Shown here: positions 56,173-64,000 of the stretch, piece by piece | Layout: the number at the start of each line of letters is the position of its first letter | How positions within the stretch are numbered: position 1 is the stretch's first letter | Assembly: GCA_023334545.1 (NCBI GenBank) | Contig: JAADVB010000087.1 | Span: 2,103 to 66,102, forward strand | Direction of reading: 5' to 3' | DNA: 64,000 bases | Origin: Salisapilia sapeloensis CBS 127946 | Taxonomy: Eukaryota; Protista; Oomycota | Notes under the pieces: model-generated | What the model was told of the DNA's origin: nothing | What the model saw: only the letters and a program-made list of their open reading frames with translations | The model's database searches: none | Position numbers and translations under genes: made by a program

Positions 56173-57804
56173 ATGGAAATGTTGATGCAGATGGCATCGG
56201 TTGTAGAGCAATTGGCAACGCCGTGGCAGTTCACATACGCCAACGAACAATTGAGGACGATTGGAGATGCCGTTGGCTTTCCAGTCGACCAACTACGATG
56301 CGTTGCATGTTTCTTGCTAGCATATCCTCTCGCAGCGATGCTGAATTTGCTTCGATCGCATAAATTAAAGCATTGGGCGAACTTTGGCGTTGGTCTGGCA
56401 ATGGCGCAATTCGTCTATGGTCAGGGATGGATCCACTCGTTCACGTCAGCGAGCGTCACATATGCGCTTTTGCACGTCCTGCCCATGCGCATCGCACCTT
56501 ACGTCATTTTCGTTGCGAATATGGCTTTCGTGGCCTCGCTGCACTTGTACCGAATGCACGTCGACTACATGGGCTGGAGTATGGACTCCACGGCGTCTCA
56601 AATGCTACTGCTTATCAAGCTCACGAGTTTCAGCTTTAACTATTACGACGGACACGTTCCATCGATGACCAACGTTCTACCAACTGACCCGCCCGTAAGT
56701 AGTATTAAAATCTACTATCCTAATAAGGTCTAATGTATATTTAAACAGAGAGTGGTCAAACAAAAGCAGCTGAGAGCTCGCTTATCCATCCAGGAGATGC
56801 CGACACTGCTTGAGTTCTTTGGGTTTGTCTACTGCTTCACAACGTTTTTAGCAGGTCCTGCGATCGAGTTTCAGGAATATATGGATGCCATTCGAGGCTC
56901 CAAGTTCAACGAAGCCAAACAAAAACGCCGGCCAGTGTCGTCTGTTGGTCCCGCCTTTTCGAAATTTGCAACCGGTGCACTCTTCATGGCGATGATGGCA
57001 TTCTTTGGTCACTTGTCTGACCTTCGTATCATCCTCAAGTCAAAAGACCATATTGCCGTTCGATGCGGAAGACTGATGGTTGCATTGTTCCTTACTCGAG
57101 CAAAGTATTATTGCGCATGGAAACTGTCTGAAGGCGCCACCGTCCTCTTCGGTGCTGGGTTTGAAGGCTTTGATGAAGATGGGAACCCGAAAGGATGGAA
57201 CGGTGTGTCCAATATCGATATTGCAGGGTTCGAATTCGGTGAAAGTACGCGAGACATCTCTCGTGCGTGGAATAAAGGCACGCAGCATTGGCTCGAGCGG
57301 TACGTTTACTCCCGCACCGCCAACTCCGTCATTGCAACGTACTTGTGCTCGGCGATTTGGCATGGATTTTACCCTGGCTACTACCTCTTCTTCCTATCCT
57401 GTACGAACTCCTCTTCTTATTGCGCAAATGTATGGCGATTAACGACGTGCTATGTTGAACAGTACCACTTGCTACTTCTGTGAATCGTTTGGCTTACAAG
57501 TACTTGCGTCCTCACTTTTTGACGAAAGAAGGTAAAACGACCACGTTTTACAACCTCATGAGTCTGCTGTGCACATGCTTGATCATCAACTACCTCGCCG
57601 TGTCATTTGTGGTATGGATAGATCAAGTAGCTACATTTCATGATTGCAGTACTAACTTACGATGTCTAGCTGCTATCATGGGAGGAATCTTTAGCTGCGT
57701 ACCAGTCAATGGGATTTATCGGTCACTTTGCGCTCATTGCCGCATATGGTGCGTTAACCTTGCTGGCAAATAACTCGAGTAAGAAGGCTGGGAAGCAGGC
57801 TTAA
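56173..57804 (+). CDS. MBOAT lysophospholipid acyltransferase paralogue, 3 introns
   Basis: YMGWSMDSTASQMLLLIKLTSFSFNYYDG, FLAGPAIE, RAWNKGTQHWLERYVY, SAIWHGFYPGYY. Introns near 56696-56749, 57401-57460 and 57612-57669. The last exon ends ...NNSSKKAGKQA* at 57804. Confidence 0.9.
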
Positions 57805-58543
57805 ACAGACGATCAACTGGAATAAATAGAATGGCCTGGTGATTTACATAAAACCGCATAGGATGATGGATCCCATCCTGTTAAATGACGACTGACTGCA
57901 CGTCGTCAACACCTCTGTTTGAGCTGGAGTGCTCGTACAATGGTTTTACCTGTTTGATGATCTTTATTTACATTAATAAGCACGTGCAGCAGATATTTAG
58001 AGGAAAGTCGAAGGTATCGAAACATACCTAGGTAGCACGGGAGTGCCTGACTCAATAACAAAAAATATGAACTCTGCGTATAGCAAAAAGGGTAAAGTCT
58101 ATGGAGGTTGCGACGAAAAGGAGGAATCGACAACTTCAAGGATGCAACTCTAGTATGCAGTGCCGCACATGAACTGCGAACCCTATGAAGCCATTCAGGA
58201 ATAAACATATACGGAATATCACTAGTACATGAAATGCAAAGTTCTAATAGGGGTCAAAGTTACAGATTTTGAGTTTGCTGTCCTCTGAGTGCTTCTAGAT
58301 GTCCTCTACTAAAATAGCTAGGTTATAAATATCTCGTTGCTGCGTAAGGGGCAACATGAAATCAGTTAGTCTTAAATTCGGCGAGAGTAACTCTTCGCCA
58401 AAAAGCTCTTCCACTAAGCAGTACGTTGGTTCATTCATCACAAGTCTCTTCTATATGTAATGAAATTCACGATTTTAAGCTCTATTTTCAAATGATTGAC
58501 TCCACCACCTTGCATAGAATCTGTCACTACGGACGGTGTGAGC

Positions 58544-58843
58544 ATGAACAAGCCTTTATTCATACTGCTGTTGATTGCATGCATTGTCGCCTGCTTCTTG
58601 TCACAAGTGCAAGCAGCTATAAAGGTCAATAAAAAGCCAAAGCAGTGCAGAGCACCCGTTCAGATCTACCAAGGGACTACCAAGTACCAGTCGACGATTC
58701 CAGGGTCCCAAGTGACTTATGAATGTAGGAGAGGGACGAAACTAGTTGGTCATCGGTCGCTCTTTTGCACTAAAGAAGGTCAATGGAGTCCTTCACCTCC
58801 AACTTGTAAACTCGATGTAAGCAAGAAGACCAAGACATTTTAA
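58544..58843 (+). CDS. Small secreted single Sushi/CCP-domain protein (PnCcp-like)
   Basis: Hydrophobic signal peptide followed by C..P....G......(PGSQVTYEC..G..LVG....C...GQWS..PPTC), the four-Cys Sushi pattern. 99 aa from ATG 58544. Confidence 0.88.
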   Translation: MNKPLFILLLIACIVACFLSQVQAAIKVNKKPKQCRAPVQIYQGTTKYQSTIPGSQVTYECRRGTKLVGHRSLFCTKEGQWSPSPPTCKLDVSKKTKTF

Positions 58844-59095
58844 ACGTCCATGCATAGATGCTTCTTTGAATGTAAAAGCTTGGCTTATTGCACCGGAATA
58901 AGTAAGTGCAGTGGAAAGAAGCATGATTTAGCGACATCGAGTCGTGATAGAAATAAGAGAAGCCAAGCAGAGATACTATACAGTAAAATACAGTAATTTG
59001 AGGTTTAATCGGATAGTTTGGTTTGGTTTGGATTGGTTACACAAGCGAAGAGTAGCTTTTGTCTACGTTGCCTATGTAATGAAATGTCGATCGGC

Positions 59096-59434
59096 TTAGG
59101 CGAATTGCAGCACCTCAATCTCAAACACAAGCGTCGAGTCCGGTTGGATGCCCCAGGCTGGGAAACCAGAAGATCCGTACGCATAGTCTGGCGTGCAGGT
59201 CAGGCGAGCCGTTTCCCCGAGTTTCATCGACATGACGCCTTCATCCCAACCTCGAATCACTTGATTCATGCCGACCTGGAACGTAAATGGCTGCTGGCCT
59301 GGATCCTTGGTACTCCAGAATTTTTGCGATAGGTCATTGTTCTTGCCATAGCCCGTGCAATTCACAGTAACGCTCTGTCCTTTGGTCGGTGTCGAGCCAT
59401 TGCCCTCTTGCAAGATCTCCTTCGTCACGCCCAT
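59096..59434 (-). CDS. FKBP12: FKBP12-type peptidyl-prolyl isomerase
   Basis: MGVTKEILQEGNGSTPTKGQSVTVNCTG...FTFQVGMNQVIRGWDEGV..MKLGETARLTCTPDYAYG..GFPAWGIQPDSTLVFEIEVL. Confidence 0.95.
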   Translation of the reverse strand: MGVTKEILQEGNGSTPTKGQSVTVNCTGYGKNNDLSQKFWSTKDPGQQPFTFQVGMNQVIRGWDEGVMSMKLGETARLTCTPDYAYGSSGFPAWGIQPDSTLVFEIEVLQFA

Positions 59435-59578
59435 TTCTTCCTACGACACTGTATCCTTGTCAAGGAACGCATACAAATTCACCGTAAAACTAATTCGTAG
59501 GTTATAGTTAATATGGCGTTAAATCGTACGAATCAGACGACAGATAAAAAACACTGGAGACGAACCAAACGTGAAGAG

Positions 59579-61276
59579 ATGCAGGACGTCGAGGAGTGGG
59601 CCAGGAAGCAGCTCGAGGCACTCGGTGTCGACGCTGTATTCGCTCCGTATGTAGTTGGGATTGCCAATTCGGAAGACGAGGATGAATTTAGCATTCGAGA
59701 GAGTGTACGCGAAGTGCTTTTGGGATCTCTACCACCGGAAAACGAGGTCTGGTCATTCGTCCGATTTTCCATTTGTATTGCACTCACGCTCTATCTAGGC
59801 AAAGGCAGAGACGTTTGTACAGGATCTGCTGAAATACACATCCAATCCATCTCTGCTAGAGCATATCACTCCTGTAGAGTCGCCAAGCGCAGCCAGTTCA
59901 TCTACTTGTGCGGATAATGATGCGGATAGTAGAGATGGTCATTTGGATGTGCAAAAGGAGAATGAGGTGCCTGCTGAAAGTAAGAAGCTAGAGGAGGCTC
60001 CGGTCGATGAAGAGCTAAAGCCCTCTGCTTCGACATTCGTACCTGGTGCTTGGGTACGCATCCTCCATCTCTTCCTTTGAATGAGTACTTAAAATGCGAT
60101 AGGAAGAAGCAGAGGTGGAAGAAGAAACAGAGGTAGAAGAGGAAACACCAGAAGACGAGAGCTCCTTCTTTTGGTCTGTTGCGTATGACGTGAGTAGATG
60201 TTTCGAATAGGAAAGACACGTAGGACTGATGAAAGAGATAGATGGTCAACCAACTACAGCTCAAGTTTCCAGATATACCTCCAGACCGTCTGTCCGACCT
60301 GCTGCGAGAGGTAGACCTCGATTCAGATCGAGCTCACGCTGTCATGAAAGCCACGTTGGAAAAGGAGTCGCAGCCAGGGTCGCAAGTCTGCCGCCACTTT
60401 CTGTCGGGAGACTGCCGACGTGCCGACTGCATGTTCCTCCACGAGACAAACGCCGTGGCATGTCGCTTCTGGCTCCGAGGCGCTTGTCTTCAGCCGAACG
60501 ACTGCCCCTTTGCTCATTTCTTTGTCGAAGCAGACCACATTCGTCCTGGCGACATGGACGACAGTGAGGACGAAAGTGAAGAGCCGCTGGATATCGCTCA
60601 AGAAGACCATTTTCCATCCCTCTCCTCCTCCTCTAGCTCTTCAAGTTCTCTGTCCATGAACTTTGCCAAGGCCGTGTCCCTCCACCCGGCTGCAACTCCC
60701 GTTCAATCTACCAACGTGTCGTTCAAGTCGAGCAAACGTCCTCCTGTTCCTCGCATGAACCCTTCGAGATGGGTCGAGACAGGTCAGGCTGTCGGCGATC
60801 AGTACAAAAAGCTTCGACAACAAGCGTACGAGTACGCATGTGCTCGAAACCAGTGCTTTATGAAAGCCACTGAAGCGTTTAAGATGAATAAAAAGTCCGA
60901 GGCGAGGAGTCTGTCCATCCAAGGACACGACTACAATGGCAAGATGAAGCACTACCACTATCTCGCTGCCTCGGCCATCTTCGATGCGAGGAACCCACAC
61001 CGACAGATTTACGATGAGAAGCTGCTGGACTTGCATGGTTTGCACGTCGCAGAGGCTGTCGAGTTGCTTTCGTACTTGCTTCCGAAGCTGACGGACGAAG
61101 GACTGGAAGCCATCTACCTCGTCACGGGCTCTGGACACCACTCGAAAGGTCCGCAGTCGACTGCGAGACTCCTTCCGGCCGTCCAGCAGTACCTACAGAC
61201 CGACGGGTACAACTATTCCAAGGTAAAAGACGCTCGAGGGTACATCGGTATGCTCCTCGTAGACCTACAATGGTAA
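59579..61276 (+). CDS. PAM2 + CUE-like + CCCH zinc fingers + DUF1771 + Smr endonuclease-domain protein (4 exons)
   Basis: Spliced ELKPSASTFVPG (PAM2-like); LQLKFPDIP...L...DLDSDRA (CUE-like); CRHFLSGDCRRADCMFLH and CRFWLRGACLQPNDCPFAH; helical DUF1771-like region; Smr LLDLHGLHVAEA...LVTGSGHHS. Confidence 0.88.
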
Positions 61277-61341
61277 AAAGAACAATGACAGCAAGCTTCT
61301 TACATTGTAGCGAGAATCCAAGTCTAAATGATGAAACGTTT

Positions 61342-61839
61342 TTATTCTTCTTCCGCTTGCGGCTGCTTAAGCGTAATGGCCATGGAGCCGACGCTGATGA
61401 CACCTGCTCCGGCAAAAATCGCCATGCTCATCTTGGGCGAGTCCGCGTTGTTAATGAACTCGGGCTTGTTGTCCCACACCTCCTGGCGAATCGCAGCTAG
61501 CGTGTGGTACGTCAAAGGGAAGGCCACGAAGAACTTGGAGATGGGCGCAAAGCCAGGGATGACCGTCTGGGCAGCGTGGATCGCCGACGTCACGTCTCCC
61601 CCGATGAGGGCGAAGGCGCTTCCGGCGGCGAAGCCGGCCGACATGCCCATGCCCGTGAATCGGTTTGAAATGGACGAGATGGCCGTGATCGGGAAGCTGT
61701 ATATTTCGACATGAGGAGACACAGGGCGGCCGAGCTTGGCTTGCTGCTCGGTGTACGTCTGGCTTGAGGCCGTCGCGACGGAACGCGAGGCCGTGGTCTT
61801 GGCGACGCTGACCACCTTCTTACTCGCCTGGAGACTCAT
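61342..61839 (-). CDS. SDH3: Succinate dehydrogenase cytochrome b subunit (SdhC)
   Basis: Presequence-like N-terminus, RPVSPHVEIY, SISNRFTG, YHTLAAIR (heme His) and three TM helices. Confidence 0.93.
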   Translation of the reverse strand: MSLQASKKVVSVAKTTASRSVATASSQTYTEQQAKLGRPVSPHVEIYSFPITAISSISNRFTGMGMSAGFAAGSAFALIGGDVTSAIHAAQTVIPGFAPISKFFVAFPLTYHTLAAIRQEVWDNKPEFINNADSPKMSMAIFAGAGVISVGSMAITLKQPQAEEE

Positions 61840-62037
61840 TTTTTACGTATTTGGACCGGCGGAATTTGCGGTTCAGAGCCATCGTACTTGTTCGAGAGCC
61901 GTCTTTTACGAGCGAATTGGATTGCGTTTCATCGTTTGAGATGGTGGAATGACTGGCATAAAGTATGGATTTCGAATCGAAAGAGTGGATTGGATGGAAT
62001 AGTACGAGCGGACAAGACCGCACAATACCAAAGAGGA

Positions 62038-62423
62038 ATGTTGGCGTCTGGAGCTCGCCGAGTCGTGGCACCCCGTGCGCTGGTGCACACGCAGAAGCGT
62101 TTCGGTGGATCGCTTTCGAAGAACAAGCATATTGAGGTATTAATTCTAAGGCTTGTTGGTGGCAAAATCGATTTTTACGTGATTTTGGTAGAACTGGAAC
62201 AACTGGCGGGGTGACTCGGAGCGTCGTTTTAGCTTTGACGCATACTTTTTCAAGAGTTTGTTTGCCTGGGGTGTCGTTCCGTTTGGTGCGTACTACATGC
62301 TGTCCACTCAGGAGCGAGTACGTATCATGTTTTAAATAAAGTCAATCAGACATCGTTCTAATCTGGCGAGTATAGATTCAGAAGAACCGCCGAGACAGTC
62401 TTCCGGACAACTACTTCCAGTAA
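62038..62423 (+). CDS. NDUFB4: Mitochondrial complex I accessory subunit NDUFB4/B15-like (3 exons, absent from the ORF track)
   Basis: Exons 62038-62136, 62192-62317 and 62376-62423 give MLASGARRVVAPRALVHTQKRFGGSLSKNKHIENWNNWRGDSERRFSFDAYFFKSLFAWGVVPFGAYYMLSTQERIQKNRRDSLPDNYFQ*. The GG...KNK.IE.W...R......F.. motif plus one TM resembles plant B15. Confidence 0.75.
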
Positions 62424-62520
62424 ATTGGTCTGAGAGAAACCATACGAGAGAGTTGTACTAACTCGATAATGCAATAACCTTCCGGTGAAGTTTGTCGATT
62501 GTCCAAGTTGAGTTGAACGA

Positions 62521-63340
62521 ATGGCTACATGTATCTCAGGCAGAGATGAAAGACTACCTTATGTAGAAACTGCATGTTGATCATTAGACCTACATACATC
62601 CTCTATTTCTACAGGAGACGTGTGTGATGAGCTTGCTTGTGGGCTATGGACTTGAACATTGGTTGCATACAAACGTCCAAGTTGACCAAGAAGCGTGCTG
62701 CTTAAACAAACGGTTGTTTATAAGGTGATCTTCATGGACAAGAACACAAAGAGGCAACTAGACAGAGTACAATAAATGAACCTTAGATTATTAGGACAGC
62801 CAAAGGAAGTGTGTATACAAACTGGTTTCTTAGGCTCAATTCCCGAACCAACGTTTAAAAGCGAAGATGTGAGACTATTCGAAGTACATGCAGTCTCGCA
62901 GGGATCCAAAATAGTAAAAAGGAATGCTGGGGATAGTAAGCAAAAAAGTTGTGTGGTATCTACGATATGCGTGCACGAGTCACAGTCAATTTTTTTGTTA
63001 CGTTGCCCACGTGAAACCTACATATCAATCAACTAACATATGCTCAGGTTGCTCCATTTGTATGCGAGTAGTGATGCTGATGCGATAGCTGGAAGCTGTA
63101 AACGCACTTTTTACAAATAACTGTCATGAATATAGATTACCGTGTTGCAGGACAATTAAATTTAAATCAAATGATTTTTCATCTTGGCTAAATGGTGAAT
63201 GGATAGAACGATCATACTAAACAATACTGCTTCTTGCAATAGAAACCTGTGTATTTAAACTACCAGCTGAGGATTATGATAAATGGTCATGTATGATACA
63301 GAGCGAAGTGGATTTACATGCCTGGTCAATTCATTTATAG
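62521..63340 (+). other. Probable small multi-exon gene or gene relic (unresolved)
   Basis: Several plus-strand donor, branch-point and acceptor signals (gtaagc 62936; ctaac...cag 63033-63047; ctaaac...tag ~63217-63242) and short open exons. I could not build one uninterrupted frame. Confidence 0.3.
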
Positions 63341-63895
63341 GCGTGAATAGAAGACCGACATTAACCATATCGTACAGCCAAACAAAGTGTGACCGTGCTC
63401 TACTTATCTCGACTCTTATTTATAATCCAAAGCTACACTTATAGGACTACGATGACATCTAGATAATGCGGTTGACACAAAAGCTACGATATCAAAGTAG
63501 TATCAGTAGTTGCTTTTGCGAAGCAGTCATTTGAGCAATCATCCGATCGATAATCAACTGCATGGCGCTCTTTCATGTAAAATTTTGGGTGCTATTATGA
63601 ATTCGTTATCATTGACTTTATTTTCCAGATTCATCTCGCTCCAAGTCTCTATCTGCGTTGTTAAAAGCATACAAACTCATCCGGATAAGATATCCGTACT
63701 ATCCATATCAGAGACCACAACTTCAACAACCAAATGGACACATCAAAAGTGTTTTTGTGAAGCGCACGACTTCTACCTACATACTCGAAATAAAGGTGCT
63801 CGCGATGCAAGACGGAGGACTAAAATCACACAGATAGCGTCAAGTACCCAAACTCCGACGCATAGCTCCGATCAACCGGTTCACTCGTCGCTCCT

Positions 63896-64000
63896 CTAGC
63901 ATCCTGTACCGCCAGCGATGACCAGACATCCCGTCTCGGGAAAGATGCCCATAAGGTTCGTGATGATGGACCAAAAGAGTGCGACCGTCATGTAACCCAG
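63896..64000 (-). CDS. 3' end of a membrane protein gene entering from the right edge
   Basis: The minus frame LGYMTVALFWSIITNLMGIFPETGCLVIAGGTGC* is hydrophobic and coding-like, with its stop at 63896-63898. Family not identified. Confidence 0.55.
   Translation of the reverse strand: MGYMTVALFWSIITNLMGIFPETGCLVIAGGTGC

Noticed and set aside
61660-61690. SdhC quinone-site motif reads SISNR rather than the bacterial/animal S-x-x-H-R
   Set aside because: Asn at this position is also the normal state in many fungal SdhC proteins, so it is not evidence of an altered enzyme.
1-64000. Prokaryotic-type systems (CRISPR arrays, operons, defence islands), rRNA/tRNA genes, telomeric repeats
   Set aside because: The sequence is intron-containing eukaryotic DNA. 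I saw no regularly spaced repeats, RNA-gene signatures or TTTAGGG arrays by eye; a tRNAscan/Infernal run would be needed to exclude small ncRNAs.

Overview
This is gene-dense eukaryotic DNA, most consistent with a zoospore-forming oomycete (stramenopile). Evidence: short (~50-70 nt) GT-AG introns with CTAAC-like branch points, genes usually a few hundred bp apart or less and often head-to-head, flagellar/centriolar genes (epsilon-tubulin, CEP164-like, an inner-arm dynein heavy chain), a PX-tailed myosin, a single-Sushi secreted protein and an LRR/TKL receptor kinase. About 30 protein-coding genes can be read, several only after manual splicing (REV7, SNAPC1-like, Pin1, Maf, an NDUFB4-like complex I subunit). 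I found no rRNA, tRNA, CRISPR array or transposase. The most unusual parts: (1) at 21.2-31.3 kb, a ~975-bp tandem duplication carries two intact ARF-like GTPases that have both lost the switch-II Gly-Gln pair; next to them is a stand-alone, motor-less paralogue of the coiled-coil+PX tail of the myosin ~4 kb further on. (2) An AT-richer island at 32-40.7 kb has two secreted S1 proteases with non-trypsin pockets flanking a pseudogenised LRR receptor kinase. (3) The SNAPC1-like protein has a long disordered tail carrying a repeated D-x-L-[SD]-E-L-E-x-E-L motif. (4) Two MBOAT acyltransferase paralogues sit head-to-head, one intronless and one with three introns. All assignments come from motif recognition and manual translation; no database searches were run.
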